From: a virus | DNA: 64,000 nucleotides | Reading direction: 5' to 3' (one strand) | Virus record (IMG/VR): IMGVR_UViG_3300027861_000011 | Span: 129,839 to 193,838 of that record | Shown here: piece after piece, positions 20,398 through 30,159 of the stretch | Position numbering within the stretch: position 1 is the stretch's first letter | Layout of the letters: every line of letters starts with the position of its first letter | Program-made: the position numbers and the translations under genes | The notes under the pieces: generated by a model | Database searches by the model: none | Told to the model about the DNA's origin: nothing | The model's input: only the letters and a program-made list of their open reading frames with translations

Positions 20398-20886
20398 ATG
20401 AAAATTTTATTATTATTATTAGTTATTGTGTTAAGTTTCGCTGCTTGTAATAAGCAAGAGCCATTAGTTCCAATGGAACAAGTTCCAGACGCACAATACC
20501 AAGACTCAATTACTAATCCATATATTAATGGTGGCACACTACCAACTGGTACTAGTAATGGAGATAATCAATTAGTAGGTACATCATGGGTATTAACTAA
20601 GATGGTATCTTCATTCGCAACAGAATACCCTAACGATACAATTAACTTTGTTAGTAATACGGAATACACACTTAATGGTGGGGCAGTTAGACCTTACCAG
20701 TTAAATAGTCTTCCATCATCAACCAATTATGATTTATCACTTTACTACTTCATGTCATTCGGTGGGAGTCACTACTCAGCAAATGTCGGTTTCTACTTTG
20801 TAGATGATGCAGAGATTAACAATGTAGAGTTTACTGATATACAAAGTACAAGTACAACAATTAGAGCTTGGTTCACAAAATTATAA
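20398..20886 (+). CDS. predicted lipoprotein
   Basis: MKILLLLLVIVLSFAA-C lipobox; TATCTTTG -7 element upstream. Confidence 0.75.
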   Translation: MKILLLLLVIVLSFAACNKQEPLVPMEQVPDAQYQDSITNPYINGGTLPTGTSNGDNQLVGTSWVLTKMVSSFATEYPNDTINFVSNTEYTLNGGAVRPYQLNSLPSSTNYDLSLYYFMSFGGSHYSANVGFYFVDDAEINNVEFTDIQSTSTTIRAWFTKL

Positions 20887-20887
20887 T

Positions 20888-21067
20888 ATGAAAAAGATAT
20901 TATTTTTAATTTTATTAGGTAGTTTAATAACATGTGGTAAAAGTATAGATAGTCCAGGGTATCAGCATTTTGATGACACGAAAGAGTCTCCATATATTAA
21001 ATCTTATGATGTTGAGCGTGATACACACGTAATATGTATAGATATGTCAGAAGATACCAATTCATAA
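20888..21067 (+). CDS. small predicted lipoprotein, 59 aa, not in ORF track
   Basis: MKKILFLILLGSLIT-CGK. Confidence 0.6.
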   Translation: MKKILFLILLGSLITCGKSIDSPGYQHFDDTKESPYIKSYDVERDTHVICIDMSEDTNS

Positions 21068-21105
21068 AGAAGATAATTAAATAAAATATTAAAAAAATAA
21101 AATAT

Positions 21106-21294
21106 ATGAAAAGTGAAGATAAAGGACAACTATATGATGATTACATAAGACAAGGTGATGTACTACAAAGAGAAATTTCTAAAATTAAATCAGAATACCC
21201 AGTAAATATCCCAGAAGATAAACAAAAGATTATTAATGTTAATCAGAATAAAATCAACATATTAGAATCAAAGTTAATGAATTTATTTAAATAA
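21106..21294 (+). CDS. hypothetical protein
   Basis: 62-aa ORF. Confidence 0.6.
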   Translation: MKSEDKGQLYDDYIRQGDVLQREISKIKSEYPVNIPEDKQKIINVNQNKINILESKLMNLFK

Positions 21295-21317
21295 CTTTAA
21301 AAAAGTTATAAAAGTAC

Positions 21318-21348
21318 TTGACATGTAATTTGTTTTATGGTATATTTG
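21318..21348 (+). promoter_or_regulatory. Bacteroidota sigma70-type promoter
   Basis: TTG-N20-TATATTTG. Confidence 0.78.
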
Positions 21349-21390
21349 TGCTAACTTTAAGAAAAATTTTAATAACTAAATTTTAACACT

Positions 21391-22839
21391 ATGAATAAAT
21401 TAATCGATACCCTAAGAACTAAAGATACCACTACAACCAATGGTATGACAACTAATTCAACAACACTTAATAGCTGCGTGGATTTATTTTTCCAAATTGG
21501 AGCTTTAAGAGGTCAAGATAAACAAAAGAAAATTAACGCCTTTTCGAAAGCATTTGCTGAAGATTCATTGACAGCAATGAGGATACTTTTCTGGGTTAGA
21601 GATATTAGAGGCGGTGCTGGTGAAAGGGGTACATTCAGAGATATAATTACTTACCTTGCTAATTCTAGAACAGAGACTCTTAGAAAGAGCCTTCCACTTA
21701 TATCAGAGTATGGTAGATGGGATGATTTACTTGTTTTAATTGATACTAAACTTGAGAAGGACGCACTCACTGAAATAGCTTCTGCTCTTGAGAATGGTAA
21801 TTCATTAGCGGCTAAATGGATGCCAAGGGGTAATGGTAAGAATAGAGAAAAGAAAAGATGGGCTAACGCCTTAAGAAAACACTTAGGTCTTACACCTAAG
21901 ACTTATAGAAAAATGCTTTCTGAATTATCTAACACTGTTGAGCAATTGATGTGCGCTAAGAAGTTCGATACAATTACATATTCACACGTACCATCAAAAG
22001 CTATGTCTGATTATATGAGAGCATTCTCTAAGAATGATGGTGAGAGATTCCAAACTTATATTGAATCCTTATCCAAGGGTGAAACTAAGATTAATACTGG
22101 TGCAATATATCCGTATGATGTTACTAAGAATCTTAGACTTGGACATGCAGCTGGTGCTATTGAACAATGGAAATCTTTACCTAATTATATGAAAGATAGT
22201 AAGGAAAGAGTTCTACCAGTGGTAGATGTTTCTGGCTCTATGGAATGTCCAGCTGGTAATAATGATAATATTAGCTGCATGGATGTTGCTATATCATTAG
22301 GTCTTTATATTTCAGAAAGAAATGAAGGACCATTTAAAGATGCGTTCTTTACGTTTCATAGTTCGCCAGAACTAGAATATTTAAGAGGAAACCTACAAGA
22401 GAGGGAGAATCAATTAAGTAAAGCTAAGTGGGGTGGTAATACTAATTTAGAAGCGACATTCAAAGTCCTTTTAGATAAGGCTAAGGGTGGTGGTGTCTTG
22501 AAAGAAGAAATGCCAACAATGATTCTAATCCTTTCGGATATGCAATTTAATCAAGCAACTAGTGATGGTTGGACCAATTCAGATTGGAACCCAACGGCAC
22601 ATGATATGATTAAGCAAATGTATATTAATGCTGGGTATGAAATACCAAAGGTTGTGTATTGGAATATACATGCGTCTAGTAGGAATAACCCCATTACGTT
22701 TAACGAAACCAAGACATGTTTAGTCAGTGGGTTCTCACCTTCACTATTAACTAGCTTATTAAGTGGTAGTGAAATGACCCCACTTAGTATGATGATGAAT
22801 ATTATAAATAGTGAAAGATATACGCCAGTAATGGTGTAA
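21391..22839 (+). CDS. TROVE/Ro60-like helical domain plus vWA domain protein (DUF2828-like)
   Basis: RDIRGGAGER, YGRWDDL, AKWMPR motifs; MIDAS DVSGS...TN...LSDMQF. Confidence 0.8.
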   Translation: MNKLIDTLRTKDTTTTNGMTTNSTTLNSCVDLFFQIGALRGQDKQKKINAFSKAFAEDSLTAMRILFWVRDIRGGAGERGTFRDIITYLANSRTETLRKSLPLISEYGRWDDLLVLIDTKLEKDALTEIASALENGNSLAAKWMPRGNGKNREKKRWANALRKHLGLTPKTYRKMLSELSNTVEQLMCAKKFDTITYSHVPSKAMSDYMRAFSKNDGERFQTYIESLSKGETKINTGAIYPYDVTKNLRLGHAAGAIEQWKSLPNYMKDSKERVLPVVDVSGSMECPAGNNDNISCMDVAISLGLYISERNEGPFKDAFFTFHSSPELEYLRGNLQERENQLSKAKWGGNTNLEATFKVLLDKAKGGGVLKEEMPTMILILSDMQFNQATSDGWTNSDWNPTAHDMIKQMYINAGYEIPKVVYWNIHASSRNNPITFNETKTCLVSGFSPSLLTSLLSGSEMTPLSMMMNIINSERYTPVMV

Positions 22840-22845
22840 CAATAT

Positions 22846-22978
22846 AAAGAATGTATACTGCAAATTTAACTAAAAAAGAAAAATCAAATATGGTTAAGTT
22901 GGGGATATTCAACCCCTATTAAAAAATCGGATAAACTTCTAACTGGGTTTTATAGAAGCAAACGCCCCCACATTCTGA
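22846..22978 (+). ncRNA. putative structured RNA motif, copy 1
   Basis: AGAATGT(22848-54) pairs with ACATTCT(22970-76); TACTGCAA after 5' strand; internal hairpins; between stop codon and terminator. Confidence 0.55.
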
Positions 22979-22984
22979 AAAATT

Positions 22985-23023
22985 AAAAGGTTTATGTATT
23001 TTATTTTGCATAAACCTTTTTTT
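22985..23023 (+). terminator. intrinsic terminator
   Basis: AAAAGGTTTATG / CATAAACCTTTT stem then T-tract. Confidence 0.75.
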
Positions 23024-23094
23024 ATGCTTTACACTTTCATTTATTTTCATTAGATTTAGGATATATAAAATAATAGATGTTTTAAACAAGAAAT

Positions 23095-23325
23095 ATGAAG
23101 ATAGTTTCAAAAGAAATTAAAAGAGATGGTTCACAATCAATAATATATCTGATTGATGAAAATGGTAACCCACTTAAGGGTGAGATTGTATCAGAAGGAG
23201 AAAAGTCAGAGTTAATTAATAATTTACTTAGTGAACACTTCACACCAGAAGACTGGGTGAATAATAAAAATAATCTACTAAATAATGTAGAGGAAATAAC
23301 ATATGAAGAATATATAAATCAATAA
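23095..23325 (+). CDS. hypothetical protein
   Basis: 76-aa ORF. Confidence 0.6.
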   Translation: MKIVSKEIKRDGSQSIIYLIDENGNPLKGEIVSEGEKSELINNLLSEHFTPEDWVNNKNNLLNNVEEITYEEYINQ

Positions 23326-23328
23326 ATT

Positions 23329-23685
23329 ATGAAAAAAGAAATAAATGAAGGACATCCTTTACTCATTGTATTTTATCTCGACAGAGAAATGATGAGTAAC
23401 CCAGATATAATACAACCATTCGCTGAATCAGTTAATCAAGCAATAACACAAAGAGAAGCTAATGCAATGGCATTCTTCATACCGACAGATGGTGAAGAAA
23501 GAATCGAATGTATTAACCCAATTCAAGTTGAAGAAACTGAAATGGAAAGAATAAATGGAATTATTGGGGATATTGTTAAGAATTTTGATATAGGTCAAGG
23601 TGCTGATAAAGGAAAGAACAATCCTGATTCTGAAATTGACATAGATACTCCAAGCGAAGAAGCTGACGTAGTTAAAGAAGATTAA
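23329..23685 (+). CDS. hypothetical protein
   Basis: 118-aa ORF. Confidence 0.65.
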   Translation: MKKEINEGHPLLIVFYLDREMMSNPDIIQPFAESVNQAITQREANAMAFFIPTDGEERIECINPIQVEETEMERINGIIGDIVKNFDIGQGADKGKNNPDSEIDIDTPSEEADVVKED

Positions 23686-23689
23686 TAAA

Positions 23690-23857
23690 ATGGGAAATGA
23701 CAACAGAGAACATCAATTACTAGCACTCTTATATCGGGTAGAAGAACTTCTACTCGAATTAAGGGTGGGCGGTAAAGACTCTAAGGATTATAAGAACTTA
23801 ATTATTATAATTAATAATCTTGAGAATCATATTCAAAATAATCAAGATATATTATAA
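23690..23857 (+). CDS. small helical protein, 55 aa, not in ORF track
   Basis: MGNDNREHQLLALLYRVEELL...; fills gap exactly. Confidence 0.5.
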   Translation: MGNDNREHQLLALLYRVEELLLELRVGGKDSKDYKNLIIIINNLENHIQNNQDIL

Positions 23858-23858
23858 T

Positions 23859-24125
23859 ATGGGTAAGTTATTAGGGGATGTTTGGTTTGTTTACATTGTT
23901 AAATGTTCAGATGATTCACTATATACTGGGATAGCTAAGAACGTAGATAAACGAATTGAGAAACATAATAATGGTACTGGGTCAAAGTACTGCCATAGTA
24001 GGGGACCCGTGGTCTTAGAATGCTTTAAAATAGTATTCAGTAGGTCTGAAGCGTTGAGGTTAGAACTTAAGGTTAAAAAGAAGAGTAAAAATAAAAAGGT
24101 AGAATTTTTAATGAATTACAGTTAA
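23859..24125 (+). CDS. GIY-YIG nuclease family protein
   Basis: VYIVKCSDDSLYTGIA...R...HN.G.GSKY...RGP. Confidence 0.85.
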   Translation: MGKLLGDVWFVYIVKCSDDSLYTGIAKNVDKRIEKHNNGTGSKYCHSRGPVVLECFKIVFSRSEALRLELKVKKKSKNKKVEFLMNYS

Positions 24126-24254
24126 AATAAAAAAAATTATAAGAAAAATAGTTTTTAGCGGAATACCTACATATTTATATAAGCTTAGGTAGTATAACTA
24201 TTTAATAGTTTTTTTTATTAGTATAATCATTGAAAAGTTTTTTTTATAAATCTT

Positions 24255-24632
24255 ATGATTATGATTTTTTATATAAAAAACGAAGTAACACCAGAAGTTA
24301 ATTTTGATAAACATTCCAGAACACTTAATATTACAGGTATCTCATACCCAGAATACCCAAGAATATTTTTCGATAAATTATTAATATTAATACATGATTT
24401 ACAAAAAATTAATAATGAACACTTTGATTTCAAGATACAACTAGATTATCTCAACGCATCTTCAGTAAAAACATTATATAATATATTTAAGGAAATAATT
24501 CTTAAAAGTAAAATTATTTGGTTACATGACGAAGAAGATGAATATATAAAAGAGCTTGGGTTGATATTTCAAACGTTATTAGGTGAAAATTTTAAAGTAG
24601 AATTGTTTGTTAGGGGTGAGTCGAAGTCCTAG
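24255..24632 (+). CDS. SiaC/DUF1987 family protein, copy 1
   Basis: TPEVNFD...GISYPE...YLNASS...W.HDEEDE pattern. Confidence 0.75.
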   Translation: MIMIFYIKNEVTPEVNFDKHSRTLNITGISYPEYPRIFFDKLLILIHDLQKINNEHFDFKIQLDYLNASSVKTLYNIFKEIILKSKIIWLHDEEDEYIKELGLIFQTLLGENFKVELFVRGESKS

Positions 24633-24739
24633 TTATCCTTCTTAATGAATCTATTATAATAACCACATAATGGTTATAAATTAGTATGATGGTTCAGTCT
24701 TATCATATCTTCCTCAGTTTTGGACGAGGAAGGGGTATT

Positions 24740-25402
24740 TTATGGTCTAGTCGATGTCCTTCTAATCTTTGTCATTAACCATCCAGTCTTTTCTTGAATT
24801 ATTTCATACATCCTACTAACTGTACTCGGACTAGCGGTACCCATAAAGATAACACTTTTTATTTTATGTTTCTTACAAGCCTTATGTAGTGCATGGTGAA
24901 GTCTTTGAGCATCCTTCTTACACTTACAAATAACCATTTCAAATTGGTCTTCATTATGAAGTATTAATTTATTATGTACTACAATCATTTGTTTTACCAT
25001 CTTCTTTTGGTAAGCACCCTCCATCATTGGTTTAACGATATCGTGAATTGTTACTCTATCTACTTTTGGGTCTTTTGGCCACATCCAGAAGGTCTCTTCC
25101 TTTTGGTATTCATGGTCATTTAAAATAGTCCAATCCCCTAATGGCTTTTCTATATAGGTTCTACCTAACTTATCCCTAAGAGCTCTAAATTCATCCCCCT
25201 CTTCAGTATCTTTGATAACTAGTATTTTATATTTAACTGGTTTAATACCATTATTATTAACATATTGTTTGGGGAACACAACTTCCTTATTATTATCAAT
25301 CAATAACCTATAATTAATAAAAGAAGTCTCTTTAGTCATACACCTATGTAGTGTTTTTTGATATTTTCCGTTCTTTGTTACAATTACCCTGTACATATTC
25401 AA
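24740..25402 (-). CDS. hypothetical basic protein
   Basis: 220-aa ORF; TATTTATT on its sense strand just upstream. Confidence 0.7.
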   Translation of the reverse strand: MNMYRVIVTKNGKYQKTLHRCMTKETSFINYRLLIDNNKEVVFPKQYVNNNGIKPVKYKILVIKDTEEGDEFRALRDKLGRTYIEKPLGDWTILNDHEYQKEETFWMWPKDPKVDRVTIHDIVKPMMEGAYQKKMVKQMIVVHNKLILHNEDQFEMVICKCKKDAQRLHHALHKACKKHKIKSVIFMGTASPSTVSRMYEIIQEKTGWLMTKIRRTSTRP

Positions 25403-25436
25403 TAAATATACTTATATTTATTTTAAATTAAACACT

Positions 25437-25628
25437 ATGTATGAAGAGAATCCAACACCACTTAGAGAATTAAAAGATGGTGATAGATTTATAACAAAAT
25501 CTGGTTCGGAATTAATCTATAATTATGCTATAGATGATGATAGACATAATATAGGTATAATAAATGGAAGTTCTTGGGATGTACCTAATGGGAACTACCC
25601 AAGTTTTAAATACAAAGGAAATGAGTAA
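25437..25628 (+). CDS. hypothetical protein
   Basis: 63-aa ORF overlapping dnaJ start. Confidence 0.5.
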   Translation: MYEENPTPLRELKDGDRFITKSGSELIYNYAIDDDRHNIGIINGSSWDVPNGNYPSFKYKGNE

Positions 25629-26682
25629 AAGGGATTACTATAAAGTTTTAGGTCTTGATAAATCAGCTAGTGATAGTGAGGTTAAGAAAGCCTATAGAAA
25701 GATGGCTATTAAATATCATCCAGATAAGAATCCAGATGATAAAGAATCAGAAAATAAGTTTAAAGAAGCTGCTGAAGCATATGAAACTTTATCTAACAAA
25801 GAGAAGAGAGAAGTATATGATGCGTATGGTCATAATGGTCCAGGTAACCAAGGTCACCAAGGTGGTCAAAATATGAATGACATATTCAGTTCTATGTTTG
25901 GTGGTAGAGACCCATTTAATAGACAAAGAGAAAGACAAAGAAAGGGACAAGATTTAATACTTAATATTAGAATTAGTCTTGAAGATATATTTAATGGCTC
26001 AACTAAGAAATTTAAATATAAAAGAAATACACCTTGTGGTACCTGTGATGGTGCTGGCGGTAAAAATGAACGAAATTGCCCAACCTGTCAAGGTAGAGGT
26101 CACGTTATAACCCACATCAATACCCAAATGGGTGTTATGCAACAAATGACCGAATGTGGTAATTGTAAAAGTATTGGTAAGATTGTAGATGATGTATGTA
26201 ATACTTGTAATGGTCATGGTGTTAATCTAAAGGAAGAAGTTATTGAAGTTAAAACACCACATGGGGTTAGTGATTCAGACACCTTACAATACGTAGGGAT
26301 GGGTCATGGAATTAAGAGTGGTCCATCTGGTAACTTATTAATTAGACTTACAACCACAAACCATAAAGACTTTATTAGAAATGGTTATGACTTAAGATAC
26401 ACACTTAAATCATCTTACCATCAATTAGTATTAGGTGATAAGATAGAGGTACCAACAATTGAAGGTAGAAATATAAAAATTACTATACCAGAATATAGTA
26501 AAATAGGTGATGCACTTAGGATAACCAATAAGGGGTTAAAACATAAAAAAAGTCAAAAAAGGGGTGATATGATAATTATTTTAGATATAGAAATGCCAAC
26601 AAAATTAAGTGATGTAGAGAGAGAGACTATAGAAAAATTAAAAAAAATAGGTGAAGGGGTTGAAACTTTGGAAAATGAATAA
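25621..26682 (+). CDS. dnaJ: chaperone DnaJ
   Basis: J-domain with HPD, four CxxC zinc-finger repeats, C-terminal domain; ATG 25621. Confidence 0.95.
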   Translation: MSKRDYYKVLGLDKSASDSEVKKAYRKMAIKYHPDKNPDDKESENKFKEAAEAYETLSNKEKREVYDAYGHNGPGNQGHQGGQNMNDIFSSMFGGRDPFNRQRERQRKGQDLILNIRISLEDIFNGSTKKFKYKRNTPCGTCDGAGGKNERNCPTCQGRGHVITHINTQMGVMQQMTECGNCKSIGKIVDDVCNTCNGHGVNLKEEVIEVKTPHGVSDSDTLQYVGMGHGIKSGPSGNLLIRLTTTNHKDFIRNGYDLRYTLKSSYHQLVLGDKIEVPTIEGRNIKITIPEYSKIGDALRITNKGLKHKKSQKRGDMIIILDIEMPTKLSDVERETIEKLKKIGEGVETLENE

Positions 26683-26708
26683 TATATTTGGGTAATTAAA
26701 ACAACAAA

Positions 26709-26921
26709 ATGAGTAAAGAAAATACGGCATCAACAGGAATAGGATTAGGTGGATTATTATTCATCGTATTCTTAATCCTTAAGTTAGCTGAAATTGGTCA
26801 AGTATCTGATTGGTCATGGTGGTGGGTTACATCTCCATTATGGTTACCAGTAGCATTAGTTTTAGGTATGTTTGGTATTGTCTTTATATTTTTGGGGCTA
26901 GTAATGATTTTCGAAGAGTAA
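26709..26921 (+). CDS. small membrane protein (WSWWWV-PLW type)
   Basis: Two TM helices flanking WSWWWVTSPLW. Confidence 0.7.
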   Translation: MSKENTASTGIGLGGLLFIVFLILKLAEIGQVSDWSWWWVTSPLWLPVALVLGMFGIVFIFLGLVMIFEE

Positions 26922-26955
26922 ATTAATAAACATAAATAAATAAATAAAAAGAAGT

Positions 26956-27387
26956 ATGGCAAATTTTGAAGTACCTTACCCAGACACCGCAAAGATTTTT
27001 GAAGGTGCAATCGCTAAAGTTAATCTTGATAGAGTTATCAATATTGAGCTTTTAGCTGACGTTAAATCTAAAGATGTTTATAAAATCGTTAAAGCTAACG
27101 AGATTACAAAGTACGCAACTAAGAACGATGTCTATATAATAATCAATGACACAATCTTTGATGGACTAGAAGAGTGGCAACAACTTATTATTGCTGAGGA
27201 AGCAATTACATGTATTATATTTAATGATGAGAAAGATAAGGTAGAAATTAAAAAGGGTGATGTAGGTATCACTAAGGTAGGTGCATTTTCTGGAATCCTT
27301 TCTAAATATGGTGCTGAAAGATATGAAGCAATTCAAGAAAGTGTTAAAACACTTTATAATGTTGAACAAGAAGAAGCTGAAGTATAA
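26956..27387 (+). CDS. hypothetical protein
   Basis: 143-aa ORF in operon. Confidence 0.65.
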   Translation: MANFEVPYPDTAKIFEGAIAKVNLDRVINIELLADVKSKDVYKIVKANEITKYATKNDVYIIINDTIFDGLEEWQQLIIAEEAITCIIFNDEKDKVEIKKGDVGITKVGAFSGILSKYGAERYEAIQESVKTLYNVEQEEAEV

Positions 27388-27680
27388 TGACTATTGAGGA
27401 AGTATCAGAATACAACGAAGAAGCATTAATCTGTGATGGCTTAGATGAAGCCATTATAGGTGTTGCTGAAAGGATAAACCTTGGACCCGTTGCTGCGTAT
27501 AGTGTGGAAAAGATATTAGATATCTTAATTCCACAAATGGAACTTGACGAAGAAGACTTAAAGTTACCTATAGAAGAGCAAGAGAGTGTTTTATATGGAA
27601 TGGCTATGGAACACTTTGAATATAATATTAAAGGAGCATGGATGGGAGAATTTACCCCAGTGTTTATATATACAAATTAA
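27387..27680 (+). CDS. hypothetical protein
   Basis: 97-aa ORF; DGLDEAIIG...GAWMGEFTP. Confidence 0.65.
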   Translation: MTIEEVSEYNEEALICDGLDEAIIGVAERINLGPVAAYSVEKILDILIPQMELDEEDLKLPIEEQESVLYGMAMEHFEYNIKGAWMGEFTPVFIYTN

Positions 27681-27683
27681 GAT

Positions 27684-28412
27684 ATGATAGATTTTTATAA
27701 TGAATTTCAGAACTATGCTACAAAGCACATGGGAATTAGTTCAGTCCAGTTTCATTACTGGGAGACACTACAAGCTAGTTTATATAATAACGTACAAGTA
27801 AGTGGACAAGTAAGTGGACAAGTAAGTGGTAGTATGACACCATATATCTTAGAAGAAAGAGAAATGAGGGTAACCCAAATGGATATATTTTCTAGACTTA
27901 TGATGGACAGGATTCTTTGGGTTGCTGGACCAGTTAATGACCAAATGAGTACTGTTGTGGCAGCACAATTAATGTTTTTAGATAACATGGAACCAGGAAA
28001 ACTTATTACTATGCACGTTGATTCCCCAGGTGGTTCAGTTAAGTCTGGGTTAAGTATGGTGGATGTTATGAACTACGTATCATGTGATATATCAACTATT
28101 AATACTGGTATGGCCGCATCAATGGGTTCAATACTATTAGGAGCTGGAACAAAGGGCATGAGATATTCTTTACCTAATTCAAAGGTAATGTTACATCAAG
28201 TATCTTCTGGAGCTCAAGGACATGTTGAAGACATGAAGATTAGTATTTCTGAAGCTGATAAGTACAATCAAAAACTGTTTAAGATGCTTGGTGAGTATTG
28301 CGGTAAAAGTAAGAAGCAAGTTCTTTTAGATTGTACTAGAGATAATTGGTTAGGAGCAGAAGAAGCTCTTGAGTATGGTATTATCGATGGTATTGTAAAG
28401 ACAAAGAAATAA
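27684..28412 (+). CDS. clpP: ATP-dependent Clp protease proteolytic subunit
   Basis: DSPGGSV, GMAASMGS (Ser), MLHQ (His), RDNW (Asp). Confidence 0.95.
   Translation: MIDFYNEFQNYATKHMGISSVQFHYWETLQASLYNNVQVSGQVSGQVSGSMTPYILEEREMRVTQMDIFSRLMMDRILWVAGPVNDQMSTVVAAQLMFLDNMEPGKLITMHVDSPGGSVKSGLSMVDVMNYVSCDISTINTGMAASMGSILLGAGTKGMRYSLPNSKVMLHQVSSGAQGHVEDMKISISEADKYNQKLFKMLGEYCGKSKKQVLLDCTRDNWLGAEEALEYGIIDGIVKTKK
27795..27830 (+). repeat. 12-bp coding tandem repeat x3 (QVSG) in ClpP N-terminus
   Basis: caagtaagtgga x2 plus caagtaagtggt. Confidence 0.9.
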
Positions 28413-28486
28413 AACTAAATAACCTCTTGACTATTATTTAGTTTTAATTATATTTATTATTAAGCGTTACTTCATTAAAAATAACA

Positions 28487-28822
28487 ATGCTTATGGAAAC
28501 AATAATAGTATCAGTGTTGTCAACACTAGGTGCAGTTGCTTTAGTCTCGACTATTGTGGTTGCGTTTATAAAACTGACAAAAAAAGTTGATGTTACTATT
28601 TTCGATAGAGAAATAGAAAACATTTATAATGAAGTAAATAAGAGGTTTGATAATTTGAATCGTGATTTAGAACATAATGTCACGGAAATATATCAACAAA
28701 TTAATGAAGAAAATGAAGAAATAAAACGATTCATTGATTCTAGGTGTGATAAGTTAGACACTAAAATAAAAGACTTAAATAACAATAAGGTATCAAACAG
28801 TAAGCAATTACTGACTGATTAA
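28487..28822 (+). CDS. membrane-anchored coiled-coil protein
   Basis: N-terminal TM then heptads. Confidence 0.65.
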   Translation: MLMETIIVSVLSTLGAVALVSTIVVAFIKLTKKVDVTIFDREIENIYNEVNKRFDNLNRDLEHNVTEIYQQINEENEEIKRFIDSRCDKLDTKIKDLNNNKVSNSKQLLTD

Positions 28823-28897
28823 ATAATAAAATAAAAAAAAGAAGTAACGCATAAAAAGAGGATTTCTAATGATTTCCTCTTTTTTTATTTAAAAAAC

Positions 28898-28928
28898 TTG
28901 ACAATTAAGTAAAGTTTATGTATATTTG
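28898..28928 (+). promoter_or_regulatory. sigma70-type promoter of tmRNA
   Basis: TTG-N20-TATATTTG; ACTTGACAATTAAGTAAA also at 31987. Confidence 0.8.
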
Positions 28929-28960
28929 GATATATATTAATAATAAGTTCTTTAAAATAT

Positions 28961-29328
28961 GGGAATGCCTGGCTATTGACTGTTTATAGTCGTGATTAGT
29001 AAGCATACAGTGTTAGATTGGAAACACTTAAATCATCTATCACCAAGTTTAAATGACAACGAGTTTGACATTGACGAAAACTTCCTTAATACTGCTTCTG
29101 TAGAAGTAAGTGAAGGAGAGGTAGCATTTGCCTAACGAATAATGCGATGGTGGTAATCCACCGACAGCTCTTTGACATAGAGTTAAATAAATGTTCAGAA
29201 GAATAGTTATCAGTAAACCGAACTGCAATAAGGGAACTGTTAAACTTTGCTAGAATTAGAAACTAGATAAGTATGTAGAAAGCTCTTTATGAGTAAGCAA
29301 GACGTGAGTTCGAATCTCACCATTTCCA
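28961..29328 (+). ncRNA. ssrA: tmRNA; CCA not encoded
   Basis: GGGAATG/CATTTCC acceptor with G3:U, ...TTGAC 5' motif, T-arm GTGAG-TTCGAAT-CTCAC, GCATAC/GTATGT helix, tag ORF 29055-29135. Confidence 0.9.
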
Positions 29329-29520
29329 GACTACCGAAATTAACTCACTTGCACGTAGTGGTAGTTGCACACCAGAAATGGTGACTAGGAAGTTAATAAA
29401 AAATGTGGAGACTAGGGTCTTTTCGTGGAGATGGAATTACAGAGCATTGGAAATAAGGTGAATCTCACCATTTCTACTTGACTTTTTTGTACTTTTGTAC
29501 GGAAAATAAAACAACAATTA

Positions 29521-29550
29521 AAAAAAGCTTCCAATTCGGAGGCTTTTTTT
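29521..29550 (+). terminator. intrinsic terminator
   Basis: AAGCTTCC-AATTC-GGAGGCTT then T-tract. Confidence 0.8.
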
Positions 29551-29560
29551 ATTTTATTAC

Positions 29561-29591
29561 TTGACAAATTAAAATATAAGTAGTATATTTG
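29561..29591 (+). promoter_or_regulatory. sigma70-type promoter
   Basis: TTG-N20-TATATTTG. Confidence 0.78.
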
Positions 29592-29622
29592 TGCTATAAT
29601 AAAAAATTAAAAAAAAATTAAT

Positions 29623-30069
29623 ATGTCAGTAGTAACAGAAAAAAGTAAAGTAAAAGTACATTACACAGGTAGATTTCCAGATGGTGAGATTTTCGATTCT
29701 TCAAAAGCAGTTGAGGGTAATGACCAATATTCAGATAAAGACCCATTAGATGTTGAATTAGGAAAGGGGTTGCTTATCCCAGGTTTTGAAAAAGGATTAC
29801 AAGGTATGAAAGAAGGTGATACAAAAACAATTACCATTTCTTCTGAAGATGCGTATGGTCCAATTCAAGAAGACCGCCTACAAGAAGTTGAAAAGTCGTT
29901 TGTACCAGATACGGTAAAAGAAGGTGAGATGCTTCAATCACAATCAGAAGAAGGGCCTATGACCGTTACGGTTAAAGAAGTAAAAGAAAAAACAGTTGTA
30001 TTGGATGCTAACCACCCACTAGCTGGTAAGGATTTAGTTTTTGAATTGGAAGTAGTAGCCATTTCATAA
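29623..30069 (+). CDS. FKBP-type peptidyl-prolyl isomerase (SlyD/FkpB-like, no His-rich tail)
   Basis: VHYTG...FDSS...LIPGFE.GL...DANHPLAGKDLVF. Confidence 0.92.
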   Translation: MSVVTEKSKVKVHYTGRFPDGEIFDSSKAVEGNDQYSDKDPLDVELGKGLLIPGFEKGLQGMKEGDTKTITISSEDAYGPIQEDRLQEVEKSFVPDTVKEGEMLQSQSEEGPMTVTVKEVKEKTVVLDANHPLAGKDLVFELEVVAIS

Positions 30070-30093
30070 ACTATTGTTTAGTTAAGTTTTATC

Positions 30094-30122
30094 AAAAAAC
30101 CCACTTAATAGTGGGTTTTTTT
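30094..30122 (+). terminator. intrinsic terminator
   Basis: AAAAAACCCACT-TAAT-AGTGGGTTTTTT. Confidence 0.85.
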
Positions 30123-30159
30123 AGTTATGGGTATATATTTATAATAAACGATTTTAATT

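Noticed and set aside
26956-27387. Phage metallopeptidase call
   Set aside because: No HExxH (AEEAI at the expected place); left as hypothetical.
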